64,000 bases of DNA from an uncultured delta proteobacterium (lineage in GTDB: Bacteria > Myxococcota > Myxococcia > Myxococcales > 40CM-4-68-19). Positions 43,178 through 52,756 of this stretch are shown here, piece after piece. The notes under the pieces were generated by a model. The model had not been told where the DNA came from and did not search any database. It saw only the letters and a list, made by a program, of their open reading frames with translations. The DNA lies in contig CAIWCD010000032.1 in assembly GCA_903911145.1 (NCBI GenBank), positions 2,448 to 66,447 of the forward strand, read 5' to 3'. Position 1 is the first letter of the stretch, and each line of letters opens with the position of its first letter. Position numbers and translations under genes: made by a program.

Positions 43178-44782
43178 CTAATCGTGAGCCGCAGCGCGCG
43201 CTCGACTGCGCAGGCGATAAAGACCGAAGAGAAGCACGAGCGCGATGCCGTCGACGAGACCTGCATTGCTCGTCGTGCAGCCGCAGCCGCCGCCATCGAG
43301 CTGCGTGATGTTTCCGCCGTCTGCGCTCGGGCTTCCTGCGTCTCGATTCCCCGCATCGCTGCTGCCCGCATCGGGGATTCCGGCATCGGGAATTCCCGCG
43401 TCGACCGGGCCCGCGTCGCCTCCGCCATCGGCGACACCTGCATCCGTTTGCGTGCCGCCGTCCGTTCCTGCATCGAGTTCGCTGCCTGCGTCGGAGCCTG
43501 CGTCGCTGGTGCCGCAACCCGGGTCGGGGACGCTGAACGTCAGGCTATCGATTGAATTGCCGTTGGTATCCTTGACCACCATCGACGCGCTGCCATTCGC
43601 CGTGACCGAGACGACCATATACGAGAGGGTCTGGACGCCAATCGCGACGCCCGCTGCGCCATCATCCGGCGCATATCGAGGTGCACCGCCTCCGCCGAGG
43701 ACCAGGTAATCAATGCAGCCCTCGTGGCCACGCTGGTAATAGTGATCGTGTCCCGCGAACGTCGCGAGCGCGCCATATTGAACCATCGACGGCACGAGCT
43801 TGAGCACGACGTCGGCGAGGCCGCCGTGGCCCTTCGAATCATTGGTATGGCTATAGGGCCCCTGGTGAATCGCGACGAAGCTCGCCTGGTGCGCGGAGTG
43901 GGCTGCTTGCAGGTCGGCATTGAGCCACTGCGCCTGCGCGTCGCTGATTGCAGGATTGAGCCCACCGAGTCCGAGCGTCGTCGAAGAGCCCTCGAAGCTA
44001 TCGCCCATCGCGATATGAACCTTTCCCCAATCAAACGACGAATAATAGGGGTGCGACGAGCCATCGAATCGCGCCGGATCGAACATCGCATCATAGAAGG
44101 TCGTATCGATCGTCTCGTGATTTCCCAGCACGACGAAGAGCGGGTGATTGGCCATCAGCGCGCGCTCGACCGTGAAGAACTCGGTATATCCCTTGTCGTC
44201 GCCGGAGACGGCCGGGAGGTTGAGTGCCATATCTCCGGTATGCACGATGAACTCGGCATCCGACTCATTGGTGATGATGGCATTGACCACCGCCTGGTGA
44301 TCGGGCTCGGTATTGGCCCCGCCGAGCTGCTGGTCATTGCGGGTATCGCCATAGACGACGAATTTCACTGCCGCGCCCGAGCCCGCAGGTGGCGCGGTCT
44401 TGAATGAACCAGCGGCCGTTGTGCCGTTCTTCGAATCCCAGGGCTTATCGAGCGTGAAGGTATAGCTCGTCGAGGCAGAGAGGCCCGTGACATGGACGAG
44501 GTGTTCGCGGGAGCAGTTGGTATCGCTGAATTGCGCGTTGGTATTCAGCGTGAGCGTCGGGGTGTCGGTGTTGTGATCGCCCAGAATCGGTGTGTTCTCC
44601 TCGAATGTGCACTCGGTGCCGCTGCCCTCATGGTGCGCGGTGTACCAGCTCACCCAGGCGTCTGTGGCCGTGACACCCGTGATCACCGGGCCACCCTGCA
44701 CGAAGGGGAAATTGCTCGACAGGGCGAGTGCCCGCGACGAGACGAGCGAGCAGAGGGCGAGGAGCAACAGACGCTGGCGCAT
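43178..44782 (-). CDS. Secreted purple-acid-phosphatase-like metallophosphoesterase with MYXO-CTERM-like tail
   Basis: Signal peptide MRQRLLLLALCSLVSSRALA. Motifs: GDTRND, HTGDMA, GNHE, GHDHYY. A DAG-rich spacer is followed by GGCGCTTSNAGLVDGIALVLLFGLYRLRSRAR. Confidence 0.85.
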   Translation of the reverse strand: MRQRLLLLALCSLVSSRALALSSNFPFVQGGPVITGVTATDAWVSWYTAHHEGSGTECTFEENTPILGDHNTDTPTLTLNTNAQFSDTNCSREHLVHVTGLSASTSYTFTLDKPWDSKNGTTAAGSFKTAPPAGSGAAVKFVVYGDTRNDQQLGGANTEPDHQAVVNAIITNESDAEFIVHTGDMALNLPAVSGDDKGYTEFFTVERALMANHPLFVVLGNHETIDTTFYDAMFDPARFDGSSHPYYSSFDWGKVHIAMGDSFEGSSTTLGLGGLNPAISDAQAQWLNADLQAAHSAHQASFVAIHQGPYSHTNDSKGHGGLADVVLKLVPSMVQYGALATFAGHDHYYQRGHEGCIDYLVLGGGGAPRYAPDDGAAGVAIGVQTLSYMVVSVTANGSASMVVKDTNGNSIDSLTFSVPDPGCGTSDAGSDAGSELDAGTDGGTQTDAGVADGGGDAGPVDAGIPDAGIPDAGSSDAGNRDAGSPSADGGNITQLDGGGCGCTTSNAGLVDGIALVLLFGLYRLRSRARAAAHD

Positions 44783-44920
44783 GAATAAACTCCGCGAGGA
44801 CTATGAATTGGCGAACGCAGGAAGGCGCAATCGAATCGGGGCAGACTTTGTATCGACGCTGGATGGAGGCTGTCGACTGAGGCGCAGCTCCTAGCCGTCG
44901 AAGAGCGGAGCGATGTTCGT

Positions 44921-45997
44921 TCATGCGACCGCGACGCGATCGCGGCCCGCGACCTTGGCGGCATAAAGCGCGCTGTCTGCTCGCGCAAGCCAGGCCGCGG
45001 GCAGTTCGCCGGGGATCATCTCGGTGACGCCGACGGACGCCGTGAGGTGGAGCACCTTTCCCTCGTAGAGAACGCGATGGGCGCGAAGCGACTCGACGAA
45101 TCGCGCTCCGACGCGGCGCGCTTCATCGAGGCCCGAGTCGCGCATGATCACCGCGAACTCATCGCCGCCGAAGCGGGCCACGCAATCGCCTCTCCGCGGA
45201 AAGGAGCGCGTGAGCACATTGGCCGCGGCCTTGAGCGCCGCGTCACCCGCGGGATGTCCCGAGGTGTCGTTGATCGTCTTGAAGTGATCGAGATCGATCA
45301 GCAGCAGCGCCGATGGCACCTTGAACTGATCGGAGAGGCTCACCGCCTTCGAGAGCTCGGAGTCGAACCCGCGCCGATTGACCAGACCCGTGAGCGAATC
45401 CTCCTCGGCGGCCTGCTCGGCGCTCTGCAAGCGCGCGCCCATCGCGGTCAGGCGCGCGGTCATCTCGGTTTCCTGCGCGGCCTGGCGCGTGCGGTGCGCG
45501 TCGAGCACGACCGAGACCGCATCGGCTGCCTGCGCGGCCGCCGCCTTGAGCGCGCGCAGATCGTTGCCGGCTGCGGCCTCTCTCAGACGATCGAGCTGCG
45601 CGGCGAGTTTCGAATCGAGGACCCGCTCCTCGGCGATCGCCTCTCGAACGCGCGAGACGAGGCCGTGCACCGTTTCCTGGAAATCGCTGACCGCCTGCTG
45701 GACGAACTCGGACTCCTCTCCGCGCAGCGCCGCGATGAAGTTGCGCACGCCCGCCCAGTCGCGCCGCGCCATCGCACCGCGCGGCGCCGACTCGTCGGGT
45801 TCACCTGGACGCGGCTGGCCGAGCAGAAGATGCGTCGCCCACGCCTCCAGCTCGCGCGCGGTATCGACTGCATTTCTCGAGGGCAGATTGAACGCGTGCC
45901 GCGCCCAGATCCGCAGGAACGTGCCGACTGTATCGAGCCCGCGATCGATCTCTTCCTGGTTCAACTTGAGCCTCGCTCCGTCACTGCCAGGGCGCAT
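44921..45997 (-). CDS. Diguanylate cyclase (GGDEF) with coiled-coil-like N-terminal sensor region
   Basis: DSLTGLVNRRGF, DLDHFKTINDTSGH, RFGGDEF with an RRGD I-site. Confidence 0.88.
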   Translation of the reverse strand: MRPGSDGARLKLNQEEIDRGLDTVGTFLRIWARHAFNLPSRNAVDTARELEAWATHLLLGQPRPGEPDESAPRGAMARRDWAGVRNFIAALRGEESEFVQQAVSDFQETVHGLVSRVREAIAEERVLDSKLAAQLDRLREAAAGNDLRALKAAAAQAADAVSVVLDAHRTRQAAQETEMTARLTAMGARLQSAEQAAEEDSLTGLVNRRGFDSELSKAVSLSDQFKVPSALLLIDLDHFKTINDTSGHPAGDAALKAAANVLTRSFPRRGDCVARFGGDEFAVIMRDSGLDEARRVGARFVESLRAHRVLYEGKVLHLTASVGVTEMIPGELPAAWLARADSALYAAKVAGRDRVAVA

Positions 45998-46030
45998 CCG
46001 GTCCGCGTCCAGTGCAGGTGCGCACTCATA

Positions 46031-46477
46031 TCAACGAACGGGCGCGATCAGCGTCTTCATCATCTCGCGGTGATCCAGGCCGACCTCCACGAACGGCTCT
46101 CCGCGCACGCGATAGCCGAGCCGCTCATAGAAGCCCACGGCCGTCGCGCGCGCATGCAGCGTGATCTCGCGAACACCGCGCCGCTGGGTTTCCGCCTCGA
46201 GCGCGCGCACCAGTTGCTGCCCGACGCCCTGCCTCTGCAGCATCGGCTCAACTGCCATCGCACGCATGCGACCGCTCGCCGGATCGAACAGCACGCATCC
46301 GACAAGCGCACTCGCCGCGTCACTCTCCTGCGCGATGACGTGCAGCGCGTCCTGCTCGCCTGCGAAGCCCGCCTGCTCGCGACTCATGCCCAGCGGCGCG
46401 CGCAGCACGCGATATCGCAACTCGAGCTCTTCGGCGTAGCGCGCGTCCGTGCGCGGATCGATGATCGAGATCAACAT
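46031..46477 (-). CDS. GNAT-family N-acetyltransferase
   Basis: MLISIIDPRTDARY...; acetyl-CoA motif LQRQGVGQQLVRALE. Start placed at the internal ATG at 46477. Confidence 0.8.
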   Translation of the reverse strand: MLISIIDPRTDARYAEELELRYRVLRAPLGMSREQAGFAGEQDALHVIAQESDAASALVGCVLFDPASGRMRAMAVEPMLQRQGVGQQLVRALEAETQRRGVREITLHARATAVGFYERLGYRVRGEPFVEVGLDHREMMKTLIAPVR

Positions 46478-46584
46478 CGCGTGCGCTCCCTCTGAATCGC
46501 GATTGCTGCCGCGGCCGATCGGCACACAGCGCGCGTCCTGCATCGCACGATTCTCGCTCTGCACAGATCGGTTAGATTCCGCGC

Positions 46585-47931
46585 ATGCTCCTGCTTCTCT
46601 CTCTGCTCATCGCTGCTCCCGCGCCCGCAAAAGCAGATCTCTCGAGCGGCCTCGTCGCCGTGCTCGAGTTTCGCAACAAGCTCAAGGGCGACGCGCAGAC
46701 GAATGTCGACGCGGGATTCCTCGCCGATGAGGTGCGCGAGCTGATGCTCAAGGCGATGCCGGGCCTGCACGTGATGACGCGCGAGAACATGCTGGTGCTG
46801 CTGCAGGCGAGCGGGAAGAAGCTCGAGGATTGCGAGGGCGAGTGCGAAGTGGAGACGGGGCGGCGCATCGGTGCGGACCTGGTGGTCAGCGGTGAGCTGC
46901 TTCGCTTTGGCTCCTCATTCAAGCTCGATCTCAAGCTGCACGAGACGCGCGAAGGCAGACTGATCGCGGGCGGGATCGCGAGCGGCAAGACGATCGATGA
47001 GCTCGACGCTGGCACGGGCGCGGCCGTGGCGCAGCTGATCGGTCCGCTCAAGGCGAACGTGCAGAACGCGGCGAATCCTCCGTCGGGCAGCGCGCAGAAT
47101 CCGGCGGCTGGAAATCCGCAGACGAGCACGAAACCCGCGCCCAGCAAGGCTTCGCCGCCGCCCGCAAAGGCAAACGCGACGCACGATCATCCGATCATGC
47201 GGATCGAAGAGAAGAGTGGCCTGTCGTTCGTGCGGGTCTTCGATGGCAGCGGACACGTCGGCTGCGCGAGCGGCGACAGCGCGTGCACCGCGAACGAGAA
47301 GCCGGAGCGCGAACTGGGCATCGGCGGATTCTGGATCGGGCAGACCGAAGTGACCGTTGCTGCCTATGCCGCCTGCGCGAAGGCGCGCGCGTGCGGCAAG
47401 CAGGCGCAGAAGCGCGACGTCAAGGAGACGTTCGTGTGCAACTGGCACAACCATCGACACAAGCATCCGATGAACTGCATCAAGTGGGACGAGGCGGCGC
47501 AGTTCTGCAGCTGGATCGGCGGGCGGCTTCCGACGGCGATGGAGTGGGAGTACGCGGCGCGCAGCGGCGAGGACGTGATCTTCCCGTGGGGCAACGATCC
47601 CGTGACGGGCACGCGCGCGAATCTCTGCGACAAGAACTGCCAGCGCGCGCTCATCCGCGCCGCGCGCATCAAGCCAGAACTCTCCGTCGATGATGGCTGG
47701 GCCGGTACCGCTCCGGTCGGCTCGTACAAAGAGGGCGCGAGCCGCTGGGGCCTGCTGGATATGGCCGGGAACGTCGCGGAGTGGACGGCGAGCACGCTCG
47801 AAGGGACGAACGAGAAAGAGATCCGCGGCGGCAGTTGGGCCTCTCCCGCGCGCGATCTGCGCAGCTCGCGACGCAGCAGCGCGCCCGCGCAGAGGACCGA
47901 GGCGTCGCTCGGATTCCGCTGCGCGCTTTGA
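46585..47931 (+). CDS. Secreted protein: LpoB/CsgG-like N-domain plus formylglycine-generating-enzyme (SUMF1/FGE-sulfatase) fold domain
   Basis: Signal peptide MLLLLSLLIAAPAPAKA. LVAVLEFRNK...GADLVVSGELLRFG. The FGE-like part has GFWIGQTEVT, NVAEWT, RGGSWASP, GFRC. Confidence 0.8.
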   Translation: MLLLLSLLIAAPAPAKADLSSGLVAVLEFRNKLKGDAQTNVDAGFLADEVRELMLKAMPGLHVMTRENMLVLLQASGKKLEDCEGECEVETGRRIGADLVVSGELLRFGSSFKLDLKLHETREGRLIAGGIASGKTIDELDAGTGAAVAQLIGPLKANVQNAANPPSGSAQNPAAGNPQTSTKPAPSKASPPPAKANATHDHPIMRIEEKSGLSFVRVFDGSGHVGCASGDSACTANEKPERELGIGGFWIGQTEVTVAAYAACAKARACGKQAQKRDVKETFVCNWHNHRHKHPMNCIKWDEAAQFCSWIGGRLPTAMEWEYAARSGEDVIFPWGNDPVTGTRANLCDKNCQRALIRAARIKPELSVDDGWAGTAPVGSYKEGASRWGLLDMAGNVAEWTASTLEGTNEKEIRGGSWASPARDLRSSRRSSAPAQRTEASLGFRCAL

Positions 47932-47945
47932 GCAGACAGCGAGCG

Positions 47946-49133
47946 ATGGTGGCGAACGCGAAGATCAGCGCTGCGCAGGCGCGGCGGCTCTTCCTAGGCG
48001 CGACCGGTCTGCTCGATGATCCGAAGCGTCGCGCGACCACGCAGGGCCTGCTCGCGCTCGTCGAGCAACTCGGTTTCGTCCAGGTCGACAGCATCAACGT
48101 CGTCGAGCGTGCGCACCACCTGACTCTGCGTATTCGCCTGGACGGATATCGTCCTGAGCTGCTGCGCGAGCTAATCGAGGAGCAGCGCAGCCTCTTTGAA
48201 CATTGGACCCACGATGCGTCGATCGTGCCGACGCGCTGGTTTGCGCATTGGAAGCCGCGCTTCCGACGAGACCGCAAGCGGATGCAGGAGAACGCCTGGT
48301 GGAAGCAGCACCTCGGCGACGAGGGCGCGCGCGTGGTGACCGCGGTGCGCGCGCGCATTGCGAAGGAGGGGCCGCTGCGCTCCGAAGATTTCGAGCACGC
48401 ACAGACGCGCGGTGCGTGGTGGGACTGGAAGCCGCAGAAGGCCGCGCTCGACTTCCTCTGGCGCAGCGGCGAGCTGATGGTCCCGCGGCGCGACAAGTTC
48501 GCGAAGCTCTACGATCTCACCGCGCGCGTGCTCCCGGAGCATCACGCGCTCGCCGCGCCCACGGCGGCTGAGCAGCGCGCGTGGGCCTGCAGCACCGCAG
48601 CAGAGCGTCTCGCGATCTTCACGCCGCGCGAACTCGCACAGTTCTGGAACGCGATCGAACTGAAGGATGCGCAGGCCGAGTGCTTGCGCGCGACCAAGCT
48701 GGGCCTGCTTGCGCGCGTGCAGGTCGCGCATGCCGATGGAAGCGTTGCGCAGGCGTTCGCCCTCGCGGATTGGGAAGAGCGGCTGCGGCGATTGCCCGAG
48801 CCGAGCGCGCGGCTACGGCTTCTCTGCCCGTTCGATCCGCTCCTGCGCGATCGCGCGCGTGCGCTGCGCCGATTTGGATTCGACTATCGCTTCGAGGCGT
48901 TCGTGCCCGCGGCGAAGCGGCTCCACGGATATTTCGTCATGCCGATTCTCGAGGGAGAAACGCTCGTGGGTCGTCTCGATCCGAAGCTGCATCGAGGCAC
49001 CGGCGTGCTGGAGATTCGTGGGCTCTGGTGGGAGCCGAACGTGCGCGCGACGAAGGCGCGGCGACGCGCGCTGCACGACGAGCTTGCGCGGTTCGCAGCG
49101 TTTCTCGGCGCGACGCAGATCGACGGGATCTGA
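47946..49133 (+). CDS. YcaQ-family winged-helix protein (DNA interstrand-crosslink glycosylase family)
   Basis: ISAAQARRLFLGATGL, VQVDSINVVERAHHL, HGYFVMPIL. Confidence 0.78.
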   Translation: MVANAKISAAQARRLFLGATGLLDDPKRRATTQGLLALVEQLGFVQVDSINVVERAHHLTLRIRLDGYRPELLRELIEEQRSLFEHWTHDASIVPTRWFAHWKPRFRRDRKRMQENAWWKQHLGDEGARVVTAVRARIAKEGPLRSEDFEHAQTRGAWWDWKPQKAALDFLWRSGELMVPRRDKFAKLYDLTARVLPEHHALAAPTAAEQRAWACSTAAERLAIFTPRELAQFWNAIELKDAQAECLRATKLGLLARVQVAHADGSVAQAFALADWEERLRRLPEPSARLRLLCPFDPLLRDRARALRRFGFDYRFEAFVPAAKRLHGYFVMPILEGETLVGRLDPKLHRGTGVLEIRGLWWEPNVRATKARRRALHDELARFAAFLGATQIDGI

Positions 49134-49150
49134 GCCGCGTCGCGCTCTCT

Positions 49151-50635
49151 CTACTGCTGGGCCGAGAGACGCAGCGGGACTTCGACGGTCAGCGCGTCGC
49201 CGATCGAGGGGAGATGCAGCCGCGTGGCCGCGCTCGCGAAGCAGTCCTCGGTCTCGTCGGGGAGGATGAGGCCCTTCGCGCCGACGCGCTGCACGCCGCC
49301 GTCCGCGCGGATCTCCAGCACCAGCACGATCGTTCCCGCCGCGCGCAGATCGCGCTTGAGCCAGCGCTCGTAGCAGCCGCGCACTTCGCCGAGTTGCGAC
49401 TTGATCGCTGCCGTCAGTTCGCGCGGATCGACCGGAGGAGCGGCAACCTCGACGTGCACGCGCTGCGGTACAGGCGCGGGTGTCGGCATCGAAAGAGAGA
49501 ACTGGCCCAGGCGCGCGATCGAGCCGCCCGGGTTCACGTCGACAAAGCCGCTGCGCGCAGGCTCGCCCGCGATCTGCGTCTCGATGTGGTGCTTGCCGAT
49601 CGCGAGCATTCCTGTCCACGGCGCGGGGCCGAATCCGAGATCGTCGATGTTGATGCGCGCGCCCGCCGGGAGGTCCGCAAACGTGAAGCGTGCGAGAGGC
49701 TTCTGCGACGGCGTTGCGAGCTGCCATTCGGTCGAGCGGGCGAGCACGAGTGTCTCCTCGGGCGTCAGTTCCGTCGCGGGCGTAGACGCGATCGTCTCGC
49801 CCGCGATCACTTCCCGGCGGCCAGGGCCGCGGACTTCCGCACGCTGCGCCGGATCTGCAGCATCACCGAGTGCGACGACGCCGTGCTGGACTTCGACGAG
49901 CATTCGCTCAGGCGAATATGCAACCGCGAAGGCAGTGCCGACGACGTAGACCTCGCGCGAGCCTGCGCTGACGGTGAAGCTGGCATCGCCCGTGAGCGGC
50001 CTGACTTCGCAGGCGACGCGGCCGGAGGAGAGCGCGAGATGGGTCTTGCCGTCGCGCAACGAAGCAAACGCCAGCGTGCTGTTCGCCTCGAGGAGAATTC
50101 CCGTGCCGGGGCCGAGCGCGATGGAGGCCTGGCCCTCGGTCGTGCGCAGTTGCGCGCCCTCGGTGAGCGCGGCGCCCGCCTCGAGCGGCTGCCACTCGGC
50201 CTGCGCATCGGCGCGCATCGAGACGACACCCTGCACAATCGTCGCGTGGCCCTGCACCAACGGCCGCTCCGCGGAGGCGACGAGAGCCGGGCGCGATTCG
50301 CCGCCTGTGATCGTCGGAGCGCGAAGCGCGAAGAGACCCGCAGCGAGCGCGGCCGCGAGCGCAAATCCTGCGACGGGAACGAGCCGCGGAATCGCGAACC
50401 AGCTCGGCTTCGCTTGCGCCTCATCGAGCGCGGCAAAGACGCGTGCTTCGATCCGGCGAGACTCCATCTCGGTCAACTCGCTGGCCGGGATCGCGCGCAG
50501 CAGATCCTTGCGGGCCTTCGCGTGGGCGACCTCGGAAGCGCAGCGAGCGCATGAGCTCAAGTGCGGCGAACCCGCGCCGGAGAAGGCCACGCGCTCGATC
50601 TCTTCCGCCAGGAGGTGTCGCGACGTCTCGCTCAT
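49151..50635 (-). CDS. Anti-sigma factor: zf-HC2-like N-terminus, TM, FecR domain, AgmX/PglI (TonB-C-like) C-terminal domain
   Basis: HLSSCARCASEVAH; TM segment LVPVAGFALAAALAAGLFAL; FecR-like GRVACEV...FTVSAGSREVYVVGTAFAV. C-terminus: LGEVRGCYERWLKRDLRAAGTIVLVLEIRADGGV...EDCF. ATGA overlap with the sigma gene. Confidence 0.82.
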   Translation of the reverse strand: MSETSRHLLAEEIERVAFSGAGSPHLSSCARCASEVAHAKARKDLLRAIPASELTEMESRRIEARVFAALDEAQAKPSWFAIPRLVPVAGFALAAALAAGLFALRAPTITGGESRPALVASAERPLVQGHATIVQGVVSMRADAQAEWQPLEAGAALTEGAQLRTTEGQASIALGPGTGILLEANSTLAFASLRDGKTHLALSSGRVACEVRPLTGDASFTVSAGSREVYVVGTAFAVAYSPERMLVEVQHGVVALGDAADPAQRAEVRGPGRREVIAGETIASTPATELTPEETLVLARSTEWQLATPSQKPLARFTFADLPAGARINIDDLGFGPAPWTGMLAIGKHHIETQIAGEPARSGFVDVNPGGSIARLGQFSLSMPTPAPVPQRVHVEVAAPPVDPRELTAAIKSQLGEVRGCYERWLKRDLRAAGTIVLVLEIRADGGVQRVGAKGLILPDETEDCFASAATRLHLPSIGDALTVEVPLRLSAQQ

Positions 50636-51246
50636 GACGCCACCTCCTTCGTCTTGAAATAGTCGGCGAGCGCGGGATCTTCCTGCGCCAGCTTCTCGAA
50701 TTCGCGGCGCGCATAGAAGAGCCGCGTGCGCACAGTCAGGATGTTGCTGCCGAGCGTCTTCGCGATCTGCGCGGCATCCATTCCGCGGATGTCGTGGAGC
50801 ACCAGCACGGCGCGCTTCTTGGGCGCGAGCTTCTCGAGAAGCGCTTCGGCACGCGCCGCCCGCTCGCGCGAGAGCATCTCGCTGGCAGGGTCGGGGGCCG
50901 GATCGCTCATCTCATCCTCTTCGCGCGGCTCGCCCGCTTGCACTGCCTGTCCGGGGCGCGACGCCTGCCGCCGGTGCTTCATCGCCACATTGAACGACAA
51001 CCGATACAGCCACGTCGTGAACGCGCTCCGGCCTTCAAACCGCTGCACTGACCGGAACACCTCCACGAAAACCTCCTGCACCACGTCGGGCAAATCTGCT
51101 CTCGGAACCACATGGGACAGCTGGGATGCGACTTTGCGGTGGTACGCCGCGTAGAGCTCGCGAAAGGCTGCGCGATCTCCCTTGCGACAGCGTTCGACCA
51201 GCTCCTCGGCTGGCGGCGTTTCGGCGGTCTCCTGTGCGTCGTGCAT
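50632..51246 (-). CDS. ECF-type RNA polymerase sigma-70 family factor
   Basis: Region 2: FRELYAAYHRKV...DVVQEVFVEVFRS. Region 4: MDAAQIAKTLGSNILTVRTRLFYARREF. Start placed at 51246 because the upstream in-frame extension runs through a terminator hairpin. Confidence 0.88.
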   Translation of the reverse strand: MHDAQETAETPPAEELVERCRKGDRAAFRELYAAYHRKVASQLSHVVPRADLPDVVQEVFVEVFRSVQRFEGRSAFTTWLYRLSFNVAMKHRRQASRPGQAVQAGEPREEDEMSDPAPDPASEMLSRERAARAEALLEKLAPKKRAVLVLHDIRGMDAAQIAKTLGSNILTVRTRLFYARREFEKLAQEDPALADYFKTKEVAS

Positions 51247-51287
51247 GGACCTGGGTGCCCGCCAAACGAGATGAGAGGCGGTGGATG

Positions 51288-51327
51288 AAAACTGGCCGGC
51301 GGAGAAAGTCAACTCTCCGCCGGCCAG
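51288..51327 (-). terminator. Intrinsic terminator/attenuator hairpin between the lipoprotein and sigma genes
   Basis: Perfect 14-bp stem CTGGCCGGCGGAGA (51292-51305) / TCTCCGCCGGCCAG (51314-51327) with an 8-nt loop. It is followed on the minus strand by TTTT and starts 10 nt after the lipoprotein stop. Confidence 0.7.
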
Positions 51328-51337
51328 CAAGGGGCAG

Positions 51338-52756
51338 CTACTGGATGTCGAAGGTCGCCGTCGCGGTGCCTCCGTTGTCGAACGTGGCCGACACGGTTCC
51401 GATGAGGCCGCCTGCGTTGCGGCTCGCGAAGGTGACCGTTCCGCCCGTGGCCTTCGCCTCTGCGTAGAGCACGAGGTTGGCGTTCGCCTGGACGGTCGAG
51501 ATCGCGAAGATCTGGACGCCGCTGCCGATCGTCAATGTCGTGGAGGCGCTCGGGCAGACGTCGAGCTCGATGCCCAGCTCTGCGCGGCTCGCGTTGGACG
51601 AGTCACCGAGGATGATGGTCGGTTTGCCGCTCTCGTCGATCTGGGTCATGGCCAGCGAGGCCGCGGAGACCGTCGTGGTGGCCGCGGGGAGCGCCGAGCA
51701 GAGAGCGCTCGCACCGGTCGTGATGGTGAACGAGCCGCTTCCCTGTAGCTCCGCGCAGCCGGGCGAAGACGAAACACAGACGCCGTTCTCGCAGCTCCCA
51801 CCCGAGCCACAGTCCGCGTTCGTGCTGCATGCAGGCGGGGGAGGAGGCGGCTGCGAGCCCGTGCATGCGCCGTTGATGCAGCTCTGGCCGTTCGTGCAGT
51901 CGCGATCAGATGAGCAGGTCGTCGGCTGCGTCTCGCATCCGCAGATCGGGTTGCCGCTCGAGTCGACCGAGCACGAGCAAGTTCCCGGGACGCAGTTCAG
52001 CGACGCCGGGCAGCTGCCATTCGTCGAGGTGTTCTCGCAGGTGCCGGCGACGCACGTCTGGCCGCTCGCGCAGTCGCGGTCGGTGCTGCAGGTCGGGTTG
52101 GTCTGCGTGGGAGGAGCGACCTGGAACTGTCCGGTGAGCGAGCCCGTGATGCGCGTCCCGACCGCGCTGCCAGCGGCCGAGAGCGTCAGCGAGCCGCTGA
52201 TGGCATCGGCGAGATCGTTGCCGGTCGCGATGTCGATGAGGCCGGCGAAGACGTGCGTGTTGTCGATCGTGAGCGTGCCAGTTGCGAACGTCGCGTCGTC
52301 GATCTCCACGAACAGCGCGTTTCCAGTCCGCGCCGAGAAGTCGCCGATGACCACCTGGTGCCAGAGCGTCGTTCCGTCGGAGCCCGACGCGCTGGCGCTC
52401 TGCGGTCCGCCGCTCACCGTGCCGCTGGCGAGTCCGAGCGAGTAGCTGCCGGTGCCCGCGGGCGTGCCCTGCCAGGTGCTCGGGTCGATCACCGGCGCGT
52501 CGAACTGCGCGGTGCCCGCGTCGGCGGTGCCGTCTGCAGCGCGGACGGTGTGCTTCGTCGAGCTGTTCTTGGCCAGCGCGGTCTTGACCGCGGCAGCGCC
52601 TGCGGCCTGCGTCTTGTTGGGCTGGCTCGACTGGTTCCCCTGCGCGCAGGCGACGCCGAAGAGCGTGGCAAGCAGGAGGGACGGGAAGATGCGCGCTGGC
52701 GGCAGCGCAGCGCGCGTCGCGAGAGAGGAAGCGAGGTGTCGGGTCGAGGCGTTCAT
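51338..52756 (-). CDS. Lipoprotein with three Cys-knot repeats (CS[TS]DRDC..G..C..G.C) between beta-rich domains
   Basis: MNASTRHLASS...LLLATLFGVAC (lipobox). CSTDRDCASGQTCVAGTCE, CSSDRDCTNGQSCINGACT, CSTNADCGSGGSCENGVCV. Start placed at the internal ATG at 52756. Confidence 0.75.
   Translation of the reverse strand: MNASTRHLASSLATRAALPPARIFPSLLLATLFGVACAQGNQSSQPNKTQAAGAAAVKTALAKNSSTKHTVRAADGTADAGTAQFDAPVIDPSTWQGTPAGTGSYSLGLASGTVSGGPQSASASGSDGTTLWHQVVIGDFSARTGNALFVEIDDATFATGTLTIDNTHVFAGLIDIATGNDLADAISGSLTLSAAGSAVGTRITGSLTGQFQVAPPTQTNPTCSTDRDCASGQTCVAGTCENTSTNGSCPASLNCVPGTCSCSVDSSGNPICGCETQPTTCSSDRDCTNGQSCINGACTGSQPPPPPPACSTNADCGSGGSCENGVCVSSSPGCAELQGSGSFTITTGASALCSALPAATTTVSAASLAMTQIDESGKPTIILGDSSNASRAELGIELDVCPSASTTLTIGSGVQIFAISTVQANANLVLYAEAKATGGTVTFASRNAGGLIGTVSATFDNGGTATATFDIQ

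Noticed and set aside
42655-43517. Two 272-aa minus-strand ORFs spanning 42655..43517
   Set aside because: Only 42699..43142 has a strong RBS, a lipobox and WxxGxW repeats. The upstream parts overlap the 3' end of the phosphoesterase gene and read as Arg-rich nonsense.
51247-51330. Longer N-terminus for the ECF sigma factor (ORF-track start at 51330)
   Set aside because: The extension would be translated straight through a perfect 14-bp terminator hairpin and adds non-conserved sequence. Region 2 is properly positioned from the ATG at 51246.
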